The position numbers were made by a program, and so were the translations under genes. Shown in pieces: positions 37,157 through 50,600 of a stretch of DNA of 64,000 bases; within the stretch, counting starts at the first letter, position 1; the number at the start of each line of letters is the position of its first letter. A model generated the notes under the pieces. That model was not told where the DNA came from and did no database searches. It was given only the letters and a program-made list of their open reading frames with translations. Origin of the DNA: Geosiphon pyriformis uo1 (taxonomy: Eukaryota > Fungi > Glomeromycota); contig JAAOMT010000521.1 of the NCBI GenBank assembly GCA_016748015.1, positions 306,631 to 370,630 of the forward strand, read 5' to 3'.

Positions 37157-38693
37157 ATGCCACTCCCTCAACCACAAAAATCAACAGCTCTAGCACATGC
37201 TCTCATATTTCAATTCCTAGAATTAAACAAATACCATAAGACACTCGACACCTTACGTGAAGAGACTAGTGAAAAACTAACTGAGGGAGATTATGGGGGG
37301 TTAAATGGTAGAAGGGGTCCTAGATCGGCAACTCTATTTCAACAACCGCCCGAGACAACATTAATGAGATTAGTAGAAGAACATTTAATGGCTGGTGTAC
37401 AAGAAGAGTTCGAGGAAATGAATTTAAATCGGTATATTAAAATGCTAAAAAAATTCATAATTCAAATTTGGTTCACTAATCACAAAATTATGTATTTCAA
37501 AACTTCATATAAAAAGACAGATGGACCAAGTTTTATTAAATACAACCTCTACACGAACCCCATTATCTTCTACTCCATTACACTTACACAGCACATTTTC
37601 TCAACTACACACCGGAAACATCCTGGCAGTAAGAGTTCAGAATCTTCCAGCTCTTCAATCCCCGTTCACTAACTCATCTTTCACCCAAATAATACCAACA
37701 TTAATAACCTCTTCATCAGATAAATTAATAAAATTAACTTCTCTCCTCTTCAAAACCACCTTAAACACCCTAAAAATTCATCAATCACCTGTTTTATGCT
37801 TCGACTTCCATCCTATTTTTAAAATGCTCATGGCATCAGGGTCAATGGATTCCACGGTGATATTGGCAAATGTTGTGACAAATGAGGTTTTACAAAGATT
37901 CAATGATCACGGGAAGTATGTAGTGCATCTGGGGTTTTCTCCTGATGGTAAATTTTTTGCTTCGGCTTCTCATGATCATACTGTGAATTTTTATGAAGTT
38001 ATCGAATCCTCAACTGAATCAACAAGAGCACAGTCACCCTTTGAGTGCCAAATATCTCCGTCATTTCTTCCTCAAAATACACTACCAGCTGATCTCAAAT
38101 ACACAAAAATCCACACTCAAATCTTCACTGGAAACATCGAGTCATTCTGTTTCTTACCCGACAACCGACATTTAGTCGTTGGGATTCGAGAAGATAACTA
38201 TCTGCACTATATTAAATACAACCCCTATTCCCCTTCTTCCTCTATAAACCCCTCCTCATCTTTCACCACAACAAAATATAACATGAACTCAACAGGCGAT
38301 GATTGGATTTCATTCACACCAATGCACATTTCCCCTTCGCCGCACAATAACGGCTCGTACCTTTTAGTCTCAACTGACTCCTCATCACAAAATGGTCGTC
38401 TAATCTTATTTAAAACACATTCTTCAAAACAATTACGTAATTTTTATGGAATAGAAGTGGATCGATTCTCCACCCCTAAACATTGTTGGCATCCTTCGGG
38501 TGCGTATTTTTACGCAGGAGAGGATACAGGCGATATTTGTGTCTTTGGGGTAGCTGAAGGAAAGATTCTGAAAAGGCTGAAAGGGCATCATGGAGCTATT
38601 AAAGGGTTGTGGTTTGATTGGGAACGAAACTTTTTGGTTAGTTGTTCTCTAGATAGAACTATCTGTGTTTGGGGTCATGAGTGTGGTGGGTGA
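37157..38693 (+). CDS. LisH-motif + WD40-repeat protein; intron ~37432-37516
   Basis: N-terminal LIFQFLELNKYHKTLDTLREE (LisH-like); WD repeats HQSPVLCFDFHP, HGKYVVHLGFSPDGKFFASASHD, LKGHHGAIKGLWFD...SLDRTICVW. Confidence 0.85.
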
Positions 38694-38968
38694 AAATAGT
38701 GGATTTTGTCAAGATCTTTGGTCAATGATTTTTAGGGTTTGAAAATATCGGGCAAGGCTTGCAAATTCAGAAAAAAAAAGCAACTCGAAATTTTACTTGA
38801 TTTGATGGGACTGGTGAATTAATTTAAACTATCAAATATTGCCAGAATGCAGTCAAGAAACTAAAATCTTGATTCATTTCTACATTTTATCAATATTATA
38901 CAAAGTTTTAAATCATAGCGTTACTGATTTACATTTAATTAGATCTATTCTCAAGTTTTTTTCCCATT

Positions 38969-40862
38969 CTAACAAAATGAGATTGTATTCGGATTAAAAG
39001 ACATTCTCATGTTATTGATGTTTTGTGGTATCTGTTGCTGTGAACTAGTCAAAGCATGATTGGCTACATAACTCAATGGTAATTGTTCATCTTCCATTAG
39101 TACCAATGTGCCATCTATAAGATGACAAAAACGATGGACTTAATTGAATTTCAATGAAAACCCGAAATTAACCTCTGATTATTACTTACCCTTCCCCGAT
39201 TTTTCTCGCTCGAAAGGATTGCTTCGGTCTCCGGTTAAACGCAAATAATCAAGGTAATCTTTCCGAAGTTTCTCAACCATCTCATGTAAGCTTGCGACCT
39301 TACCTGTTACAATCATAAAGCTCTCGTGCTGTAATCGCATTGTTTCCGAAATAGCTAGTAGAAAATTTTCAAGGGATTATACATAATGAACAAAAAGATA
39401 TCTCTTTAAGGATATATAAACCTACCATTTGGGGTGATTTCACCACGTGTTGCATTTATCACTGCAGATATATGTCGATCAAGTTCCTGCAAATAAAATA
39501 AATTTTCCATCAATAAGTAATCCATATAAATGAAAGTCAAACTATACAAACCTCAACATTCTGATCGTATTGTTCAACTCGTTCTTCCATAGATGTAATC
39601 GTGTCACGCAGATATCTATCAAATATACAAAATCAATATATTTCTTTAAAATATTCCACATCTAATTTCAACATACACCAAACCACTATCACAACAAAGC
39701 ATACTTTTGAAACACCACGTCACTACTGGAACCACTAGCATCCTTGATATTGTCATGATAAATCTTTTGCTTCACGATGGTGTGTTCCAAATCAGAAACG
39801 AGGCGTCTTGAAGCATCTAATTTATCATTTAAACTATTTATATGCTATGAGTGTAAAAAGTTAATATTGCATAATTTTATAAAATATTTCATTGAATATG
39901 TATGAAAATTGTCACCTGTGCAACTTTTCGTGCTTCATTTGTGGCTGATTGAATTGCATTACGCACATCTGGCCACATTGTATCAATGGAAACCATTACT
40001 TCTTTTTGCCTTTCAATTTCGATTCTGATTTGAAGAAATCCTCGGATTAGATGCACATTATTACGGAAAATTAAGTTTAAAAATTTTTATCCATACGCCA
40101 TTTCAACCAGCTTTTTTCGAGTGCTTTCAGGTAATTGATGAAATTTCGTTTCCATCGTAATAAGATTCAAATTGATCTCATTATAGGTGGCCAAACTAAA
40201 AATTAGGAAATCAAATACTAACCGATTTTTAAAAATATGACAATTACAAGGTATAAATTATTGACATATACTTACCCAGATGCATTCACAATATTTGTGG
40301 AATTATTAGGCACATTAAAAGCTGTTTGGAAAGATAAACCGGTGCTTGGAAATGTTGTGGCTGTACTCGAAGGTTGGCCAAATAAAGTCGTACTTGTTTG
40401 AGTTACCGGTTTTGACTGAAGACCAAAAGAAACAGGAGTAATCGTGCTTGTAGGTTTTGGGGGAGTCAAAGTAAAATTCGAAGGGACACCAAACGCTGAA
40501 GTTGTTGCTGAGGTATTTGAGCCACCTCCGAAAGCAACGCCCCCAAATACGTTAGAATTTGATATTGTTGCCGGGTTCCCAAACCCTTGATTTGACCCAG
40601 CAGCAGTGCCGCCACCAAATAGACTTGATTGTTGTATCGTTGCAGTGTTCCCTTGATTACTAGTTCCTCCACCAAACCCTGTTGATAGCTGTGAGGCTGG
40701 AGTGCTATTGGAGGCAAATCCTCCAGTTTGCCCCCCTAATATATTTCCTGGAGCAGCAGACGTTTGGCTGGTTGTTACTCCTGTTGTGTTATTTCCTCCA
40801 AAGGAGAACCCGCTACCAAAACTTGGTTTATTTGCTTGATTATTTTGACTAAAGTCAAACAT
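38969..40862 (-). CDS. NUP49: FG-repeat central-channel nucleoporin Nup49/Nup58 (multi-exon)
   Basis: FG-rich N-terminal exon (ORF 40272-40931, ATG 40862), then TKFHQLP and coiled coil ...SMEERVEQYDQNVEEL...QHESFMIVTGKVASLHEMVEKLRKDYLDYLRLTGDRSNPF; stop at 38969-38971. Confidence 0.8.
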
Positions 40863-41034
40863 TTTCTTGTAAAATCTGAAGGAACAAAAGGAAAAGGAAC
40901 TCGTAAAATATGACTGAATATTTAGTTTCAAGAATTTTTGTTATTTGTGATACGTAATACAGATTTGCAATTTTGGAAAAAATGATTCAAAATTGTAAAA
41001 GAGCCTTAGACCCTCGACTCTGGACTTTATAAGT
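40863..41034. promoter_or_regulatory. Probable bidirectional promoter between NUP49-like and ATP5 genes
   Basis: Divergent ATGs separated by only 172 bp. Confidence 0.55.
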
Positions 41035-42086
41035 ATGGCCGCATTTTTTACCAGAGTCAGACTGGCTCAACAGGCCTTTTCGTCAATTCCAAAGGTATAT
41101 TTGTAAGTTCGCACTATCATCAAACCTTATTGGGACCAAAGTATCATCGAAATCCTCAAACTCATGATATTCTATTTTTATTAGTTGGCGCGAGGTTTTG
41201 CAGCACCCGCCGTGAATGACAAACCAGTCCAGGTAATGTATAAAATTCCCATGTGAAAGGAAAAACGAGTTTTTGTATTCAAATTTTTTCTCTTAAGGTT
41301 CCGTTAACTCTTTTTGGACTTGAGGGTCGCTACGCAACAGCTCTCTATAAGGCTGCTGCTAAAAAAAATAATCTTGAAGCGGTCGAAAACGAACTTAAAA
41401 AAGTAAAAACTATCATCAAGAAGGATAAAACATTTTTTGAGGATCCCTCATTAGGCGTCGCGGTAAAGAAAGCAAGAGTGGCTGAGTTACTCAAGCAAGA
41501 CAAATACTCTGATATCACGACAAGCTTCTTTGCCGTATTAGCGGAGAATAGACGTCTTGCTCAGGCTGAAAAAATCATTCATTCCTATTTGACCTTGATG
41601 ACTGCCTATCGAGCCGAGGTACCTGTGACCATCATTTCTGCGCAGGTATATTTTTCAAAATCACAAATTGATTTCATATTAGCCAATTAAATTAAATTCA
41701 TTGCATTAAATTCGTAGCAACTTGATCAAAAGCAGTTGAATACCCTAACGAATACCTTGAAAAAAAGCAAACTAGTTTCACCGGAGCATAAGCTGATCAT
41801 TACAAATAGGGTATTTTTATGTAGATGATTTCACAGTAGCAAACCTATAAAGTCTAATCTATTTCATGAATACGTTTCTCACAGGTTGATCCTTCGATTC
41901 TTGGTGGGTTGATTGTTGAATTCGGGACCGAAAAGACTATAGATTTGTCAGTCACATCGAAAATAAACAAACTCAACAAACTACTCACAGGTAGATTCTC
42001 TTCATATACTATAATTCTTTTGTTTGTACTTATTAAATTTCGTAAATATGTGAACTGATGGTATTTGGTTCACAGATCCTGTTTGA
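41035..42086 (+). CDS. ATP5: Mitochondrial ATP synthase subunit 5 (OSCP), multi-exon
   Basis: Presequence MAAFFTRVRLAQQAFSSIPK; VPLTLFGLEGRYATALY, LAENRRL, VDPSILGGLIVEFG, KTIDLSVTSKINKLNKLL; stop TGA 42084-42086. Confidence 0.93.
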
Positions 42087-42238
42087 GGAAGGATTGTTAT
42101 AAACTATTCTCTAAGTCAATAGTGGATTAGTTGAACTTGATTGTTACCCGAGTCGAAATAGAAATAATAATTGGTAATAAAGCTGATTAAAGGACTTGAA
42201 TCCAAATAATCTAATTTATCTTATGCAAACTTTGACGA

Positions 42239-44032
42239 TCACCCATCTGCTTTTTTAAAAAAATCCGTAATCTTTGCCGAAGAAATATTGTTGGGAGTCA
42301 AATTTGATTTTCCTTTTTTTGTAATTGATTTTGGCGTTTTAGAATTTGATCTAATCTTTTTAGTAGCCGGCGAGGGCTTTTTGGGTGACAAATTTGGCTT
42401 TTCCCCAGAAAGTGAGGGTTTTGTAGGCGGTACTGGTGATCCCTCAACGAGGTCAGTCCGCATTTTCTTTGTAATCCGCGACAAATCATCATTTTCGCGT
42501 TCATGCTTTTTTAATATGCCTTCACCCGAAGACTCGATCGGTCCGGCTGCGCCAGATTTTTCATTCTTTGTGACTTCTTTATTTAAACTCATCCCGAGTT
42601 CTTTTCCGTCTGTTGGTAATATTTCATACTTGTCTGTAGAGGGAATAGAACTTTCCTCTGAATTCTGTAACTCGGAAACTTTCATAACTTTTGGTTTGCT
42701 TGTCGGGACTTTATTCTTGGCTGCGTTCAGTTGATTAAAGAAATCGGCGATATTTGTGTTGGGTTCTTTTGACATAATTGGTACAATAAATTCTGGTGAA
42801 TCATTTCCAACTTTCCCTACCGCTTTGGAAACCGGATAACTTGAAATGCAAGTCGAATCAATTTCAAGAATCTAAAAATCCAGGCTAGCAAAAGTTTACT
42901 GCCAATGAGCCTCACCATTCCAATTCGCCTTCATATGGTTTTAATAAGCTTGCAAATTCTGGTGTCCACGCGGTATTCGGATCTAACCATTTCGCCATCT
43001 CTTCTGATCCATTATCAAATATTACTGGCATGCGGTCATGTAAAAACGAGAGGAATGGTGAGGAGGAGGTTGTTATTATTGTATACGTGTATAAGGGCTC
43101 TTCATTGTCGCCTACACTTGAGACATCGACTGGGAATCCAAGTGGTATCAAAAGCTGTAGATGCAATCGGAACTGAAAACACAAAATACGTGCTAGCTCA
43201 CCTTGGAAATTAACACTATCATACAGACCAGCAAGTAACAATAAACCACCATCTTTTCGGCGTATAAAATATGGAATTCTGTCTTTATCTTTTTTCAGCC
43301 ATTCATAAAATCTAGTCGAAGCAGAAAGAAAGGGTTACTTTTGAATTTGGGGGTAACACAAAAATTTCATTTAACTAATCCATTATTAAACTTTACATCT
43401 CGTAAACCTACCCTTGAGTAATCACGATGCACCTTTGACGATTTTTCATTGATAAGAACATTGGTTTTCCGTCAATCAAAGAGTCGTCACGAACATTAAT
43501 ACTTTTTAAAATTGTCGTGTAGTCTGGACGATTTTTCGTCCAAAAGGGTATGAGTCCCCATTTCTTTGGTGGTAATGATTTCGAAATCAGACAAGAATTG
43601 AAATGACTAAAGACGTGAAATTATAAGAAATAGTAATAATAATACCATGGAATGTATCACATTCCCATGTGTGTCTCTGTCACCACGAACTACAGGTTGA
43701 AAATGTGTAGGCGCAACGTTGTATCTGTTTTCCTCGTATATTTAAAATAAATAATAATACCAGAGATCATCAAATACACCCATGATCCTTGAATCAGAGA
43801 CAATACTCACGATTGCCGATACCTTTCCTTATCGATCCACCTTTCACACTTCAAAATACTTTTACCCAAGATTTGTTCTATAATATCTGGATCCTTTTTG
43901 AAACAAAAGTCGTTACAGGTAGTAAAGATTTAAACCGAAAATAATTTTGAGAGGTTTCTTGATACCTTAAACCAATCAAAAGTAAAATATTTAATTGATA
44001 CGTACCCAATAGCAAACAGTCCTGCCACACAT
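42239..44032 (-). CDS. HMCES: SRAP-domain abasic-site crosslinking protein (HMCES/YedK family), multi-exon
   Basis: Start MCGRTVCYW (catalytic Cys2), YNVAP, WGLIPFW, RQRCIVITQG|FYEW, LAGLYD, YTYTIIT, LHDRMPVI, YPVSKAVGKVGN; C-terminal PIP-like KITDFF. Confidence 0.92.
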
Positions 44033-45295
44033 TTTATTCAAGTGCACTTTTGGAAAACCGATGCTTAATATAAAAATACTAATCAGTTGCTTAGTAATCA
44101 CTTTAAAAAAGATAAGTGATAAAAAGTACTTGACTTTTTTTGTCCATGCATTTATTTAGACAAGGAAAAATTGGTGTCAAACCATTTTATCTTTGCAACA
44201 TCTCGAGCTAATTTTTCAAAATGTTGATATCACCTTACCATTACCACCATTACTTTCATTATTTCTGTTACTAAAGAAAAGGTTAGTTTTATGTTTGTAT
44301 TTTTATGCAAAGCAAAAGAATGATTTCAAATAACTAAAGTAATTTTTTTTACTTTTGCTAATTTGTTTTTTATCATGAAAATTTTTAACAAACATAAACA
44401 TTTTTGGTTTACATTTTATTACATGCAAGAAAAATAAATTGTTTACTATTAATAAAAGCATTAAAATAAGTAAGAAAGTACAAAAGTACAAAAAAAGCAA
44501 TAACAATTTATTTATAAATGTTAAAAAAATATAAATATACTTTATTAATTAAAATATATATAGAAATTAAAAACAGTTTTTAAAATAACATTGTTTATTA
44601 AAATCATTATTTTTTATACAAAAACTTTTTTGTAATTATCAATTATAATAAATACAAGTAAAAATCTTAATTTTGTTTAAAATGTATTTAAATTTTTTGT
44701 ATATATAAATGTTTAAATAAAATAATTATAATTAAAAAAAAGCATTTTTAATTTGATAATATTTTAAAAAAGAAACAGATATAATTGTTTAAAACTATAT
44801 TATTATTAAATTTAAAATTATTACAAAAAAATATAAAAAACTATATTACCAAACATAAAATTTAATTTTTATAATTATTGTTATAAAAATAATTTGTTGA
44901 TATTTTTATATATTTTTTAACTAATAAGTGGTTTTTTTTGTTTGCTGTAAAATATTTTTTTTAAATAATGATAATAACGTTTTTAATAATTAATCAGTTA
45001 TTTAAAACCACAAATAATTGAATTTTATTAACTGTATTTTTAAAATAAATAAAAAAAAACTTTTTAATTATAAAAATAACCAAATTATTATTTTTACTTA
45101 ACAATAAAACAAAATTAAACTAAAAAGAATTTATTGTATCCAATGCTTGGTTTTCAAGTCAAAAGATAATAATTTGTTCAAAAAACTATGGTTTATTTTT
45201 AAAATTGACAAACCCACTTTGAGCAAATAGTAAAAAAATTTGTTCTCTATTAAATAAATCTTTAGTTTGAAAAATGAACTTCAATTTTTTATCTC

Positions 45296-45853
45296 TTAAT
45301 TCACCAGTATTATTGCTAGAGAAACCAAACTCATAACCTTTGACAAACTCTTCATTGCAATTCCCAAATTTAAATACATTTCTTCAGAAACTTTATTACC
45401 AAAACCAGTATACTTGCCATTATTACCAACTTCAGCCAAAGGGGATAATGTGACATCAGTGGATACAACCTTGGTGGTTGTAAAAGTTATAAATGAAGGT
45501 TTATTTGTTTTCGTGGAGCGTATTCGAGTGGTTGAGGTAGAGTAAGATGTAATAGTGTTGACTGATGGTGGTGGTGATGAGGTTGAAATTAAAGAATCGG
45601 AAGATGAGATTGAATTCGGAATTGAATTGGAGGTTTGGCTTGTGATTACAGGTTGGGTTGTGATTGAGTCTTGAAATGTTTGGGTCACATTTATCAGGCT
45701 TGTTATTGTTATGACACTTGTCGATAAAACCTCTTTTACAGGAATTGACAAATTAGCTTGTGGAGTGACAATATTTGAGATAGTGGTCGAATTAACCGTT
45801 GAAGTAGTCTGAAGTTCCTCATCATTCTCAATGGGCGAGGTAGAAGATAAAGG

Positions 45854-45899
<46 letters not shown>

Positions 45900-46219
45900 A
45901 TTGAAGAAGTGTTTGAATCAGGGACATTATTTTTAATAGTACCATTTGCATTTTTACCAATACTTTTACTATTATTAAAACTTGTACCATTGTTAACACT
46001 TGGACTATTATCAAGACTTGGACTTTCCTTTAAGGGAGGTGATGTTATCGATGAAGCAGGTAATTTGGTTGATGTGATTGATGTGAAATTTTTTGAATTG
46101 AATGAAACAGAAATTATTGGTAGAGGAAATTGAAAAAGATGAATTTTGCGCCGTGACGACCGTTGGTAATAATATGGCCATGCATATTATTGAATATTTT
46201 AGAAAATCGAGGAAGAGGA

Positions 46220-46255
<36 letters not shown>

Positions 46256-46298
46256 CCAATATTTGATTTCTAGTAATTCGAGGTTTTGAAATTGTCAT
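45296..46298 (-). CDS. Ser/Thr-rich mucin-like, probably secreted/GPI-anchored protein with an apparent 1-nt frameshift at ~46133
   Basis: Signal-like IICMAILLPTVVTA-Q in one frame; ~280-codon Ser/Thr-rich body with NxS/T sites and hydrophobic tail VMSLVSLAIILVN in another frame. Confidence 0.65.
45855..45899 (+). repeat. (GAT)15 microsatellite (poly-Ser on the minus strand)
   Basis: Direct reading. Confidence 0.95.
46221..46253 (+). repeat. (TGA)11 microsatellite (poly-Ser on the minus strand)
   Basis: Direct reading. Confidence 0.95.
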
Positions 46299-47635
46299 TT
46301 TGGTTGAAAATGATAAATAAATTATTTCTTGATGTATTATTTGTATTATATTAAAGCTGTTTGAATATGAATAAAATTTTTTAAAAATTAAAAATTTCAA
46401 TGTATTAGTAGTAGGAAATTTATAAATAATGGTTTCGAAAAATCTCCGACCACAAAATATATAAAAAGTAATAAAAGAAAGTAACGCAATAAAAAATCTG
46501 GAGAAAGAAAAATAACGGAATGAATAAAAAGAATGTTTTTTTTTTCAGTGAAATAAATTATAATTTGTTACCTAAAATTAAGTTATATATCCCCTTTTCC
46601 TTTAGACTAAGATATGTATCAAAGAAAATCTTTATTTGGAAAATTTTGTTTACAATATATTTTGGGGAAATTTTATTAAACAAATTTTTTTCTAACAAAG
46701 ATATAAGGATAATTTGAGATATTTAAATGACAAAATATTGGGAATGCTTTGTTTTGCCCAAATCAACAAAAAAGATGAGTGTCATGTTTTGTGAATTTTC
46801 CGAGATACGAACATTTCATCTCTTTAAGTCTGAAAGGAAAAATCAGTCATTTTTTAAAACTTTTTTCTTTTTTGAATTTCTAATCGTCAAAAAATGAAAA
46901 CTAAGTTTCATAATAAAAATTTTTATTGATTTTTTTTTTGTCGTTTGAGATTATTCTAATATGAAACATGAAAATAATAACATATTGATAACGAGTTATC
47001 ATTGAAACTAATTCACATAACAGAATTCTGAGCCAAGAGTTAAATTTTGATGTTTTTAAAACATATGTCAAGATTGATTAGTAAACTTTTTTTTTACCCA
47101 TTTATTGTGGAATCTGTGATGTTTTTTTACTCTTTTTACAATTTTTACAATGTTTTTTATTTAGAAATAAAAAAAAACCCTTATCCGTTATGTTAATAAA
47201 ACTGAATTCTTTCTATTAAATTAAATATTACGAAATGAATTATTAATAAATAAATACTTTTTTGAACCCCAATTCTTAAATTTTATTATATAATAATAAC
47301 AATTTTATTCTTTACAAATTATTCCAAAGAGTAATTTAAGAATATATTTATTATATTAAGATTAAATCACCACCATTTTTCATAAGACAAAACCCGTAAT
47401 AATGGCAAGAAAATATTACACAAAACACCACGAACTATTTCGCAATTTCGAAGAGTAAAATAAAAATAGACGCTTATTCAAAATTAAAAACACTAATCGC
47501 GAGAAAAAAATAAATCTTTACCCTTGTTAATCTACTCTGTTCTTTCTGGAAAAAGATTCACTCTATCACACATAATATCATACTAATGATTATTAGCAGT
47601 TCAAAATTTCCCTTAAAAATTAAAAACATGCTTGC

Positions 47636-50600
47636 ATGAAACTCGATCCTTCGAAAATGACTCCAGAGGAAGAATTATGTTTTCGTCAAGAGCTCTTGGA
47701 TTGTGTGAAATTAATTAATCCTAATAATGATGGTACCAATCCCTCAATTTTAAACTTTTCAAATATTAATAGACTTAAAAATGTTTTCTTTTTCAAAAGG
47801 CTATGTCAGGGATTTACTCGCAAAGATTCCAATCGAACCATTCTTGATATCATGTAAGGTGAAAGAATCCATGATCGATACAGCCATTCGTGATAGAGCC
47901 ACCATGCTAAATCAACAGATGGGAAAATGGATAATCGATGACCCAAACGCTGTTTCCATATTGTTTGAAATAACAAATGATTTCTTGACTGAATTCGAGT
48001 TAGAAGAACAAATTTATTCAAGTGTGTCCTTGGTCGTTAATAAAGAATTTATTTTACAATTATTTAATGCTACCATCATGTCATTCACAGGAACCAACAA
48101 TGATTGCTATCATCTTGAAGAACCATTGTTCCCGAGACGTGTCAAAGATATCACCCCTTTGAGCATTTACCAATTACCAAATCTAAAACAGCTATCCACA
48201 AAACTGCCAAAAATTGATGTTTCTGACGAGGAAAATTTTACAAAAGAAGTGGCAAAACGAGTGTCCATGGAAGAGCTTTGGTAAGAATTACCATCAATTT
48301 TTCAAGTCAAAAATCAAATTTTCCATTTTAAAGCTTGATAATCTTAATAGTGAATTGCGTCCAATTGTTTCAAGAGAAGAGATTGAATACATTTCCTCTA
48401 CTTTAAACGAGAATGAAATCGGAAATGACTCGCTATTCTATAACCAATTATCCCTAGAAAACTTTTCTCTTGATCATCTATATTTAGAAGTACCCTTGAT
48501 GCCAGCGAGATCCTCTAAATTACAAAATGATTTACCTCGATCCTTTAACGAGATTATAGCCTTTTTCAACCAAGAAAATCATGCGGTAATCGATGAAGAT
48601 CGTCTAGTACCAGAAGAAAGAGGTGTCAGAGCCCCATTGGAATGGGTCAATCAATGGGGTAAAATTGAAAAGTATCTTTATCTTCCCAAACCGTTATTTT
48701 ATCACTTAACCTACCCTATCAAATATTCAATTAGAAGGTATTAAAGATGAGTGTATCGAAATAAATTACTTTGAAAATGTGGATGAGGTCCCATTTGATA
48801 TGAAAGGAACAAGCTCCATTGAATTTCAATTAGGTAGGAGAGAATTGAAGTGACGAGCCTTGGATATTTTCTAGCCCTTTATTAAAGAGTTTTTCAAAAT
48901 TCAGAACCAATACTAATTCCGACCAAGTATAATCCAATGGAGGGGAAAAACCGTAATAAAAGGTACATTCAAATTCCTTGGGTATTACATCCGAATGATA
49001 AACATCCCGAATTTAAAATGGGAAAAAAATTGCAGCCATAAAAGACTTTGCTTACGAGATAACAATAACAATAATAATGATGATGATGATGAATTAATCT
49101 GGTACTTCAAAAAAAATTAATATTTTTTTAATTGCGTAATATTTGGCTTGACTTTCTCAAAACCGAAAATATGTGATATAGTAAAAAGTCTCTTTCTGAG
49201 ATTATCAAAGTGGTGACTCCATTTCCTGAAATCCGTAATGCTGGGTCAATCGATGATGAGACTGAACTACGCGCAGATTTTCAAAATTTATTCAATTTGC
49301 AAGTTAAAGGAAATGAATGGAAATCATTGATCTTTAACCAAAATCTGGACGAAATTGGAGGACTGAAATTTCAAGGTAGGTTGAAAATGGTTTTGTACCA
49401 GAGAGATTTTCCCTTGAACTCAAAGCCTAAATAAATTATTCCTAAAATAAAATACAGTCCCAGAGCTTCTTCACCCTTTAATTATCTCAAGAACCCATCA
49501 CTCTGGATCTTCATTCACATTTATTCCAAACAGAATAGCGGACCTCATTACTCAACGGGTCAGCCTTTGCTCTGAATATCAGCCTTTGTGTGCCTTTGCT
49601 GGTCTCAAAGCTCTTGAGCTCGAATTGCATTGGAACCCCATCAAGGAGATCACAACTCTTTCAATAGAAAAAATTTCCCAGGTTGAATGGATAACAGAAG
49701 ATCCTGGTGGGAATACTTTTGATGATGATGAGAAACCTTGGTGTGATGATGTGAATGAATGGATCGCTGCAATGAATATGGAGTTTGGGTCAATAGAGAA
49801 ATTAGAAAGATTGATGATAAGAAAAGAGAAATTCAATAGAAGAACTAGGAGTTATTTGGAAGAAAATTATCAATCAATAGACGACCAACAAAAATTTTTA
49901 GGTGAAAAGAGTTTAGCAGTCCAAGGGTCAACCATTAACAATAATGGGGTATGCTCGCAGGACGCTTCTGAAATTAAATTAATACCAATAATGAGTGCTG
50001 GTGAAAAGGTTGCTGTAGAAACTGGTACCTCGGAAATCCCCGAAAATCATCAGAAAAAAGACTCATTCTTTCGTACCGAGTTACCGGAAATAACATCTTT
50101 GGAGACTGGGACAACAAGAAACGGAAAAGACCATTCAAAAAAAGGCAAAATCATGCGATGGCTTGACAGTCATGAGAGCACAAAAGAAAGACATAATTCC
50201 GCTGAAATGCTTGAGGTAAAATCGCTAACAAGTTCAAATCCCTTTTCCGGTATTGCTGAGTCAGAAAATTAACCTTAATTTTCGATAAACAGCTAGGGGA
50301 ACGAGCAAATTTAAATGAAAATTTATTAAGGCCAAGCCATTTTGTAGACCAGTTCTCCGCCACTAGAGCAATCGATGAGTTCATATCGCTCAGGGGCAAA
50401 ATGAAAAACAATCTCAATCTTCCCAATACTGGCGCTAAATTATTGATTCCAAAAACTCAAAGACCAAATGAATCAAGTATCGTCCCTGCTTCTTCCTTCA
50501 TGAAAACCCCCAAAGCAATATCTAAGAATCACGAGCGAGAAGTTCCCTCGACGGGTTCAATTGCAACTGAACATGAACAATTCATCACAAATTATGACTT

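Noticed and set aside
42288-42734. 148-aa plus-strand ORF
   Set aside because: Antisense shadow of the HMCES last exon.
45736-46133. Poly-His (45736-46014, -) and poly-Asp (45831-46133, +) ORFs
   Set aside because: Alternative frames of the (TCA)n microsatellite in the Ser/Thr-rich gene.
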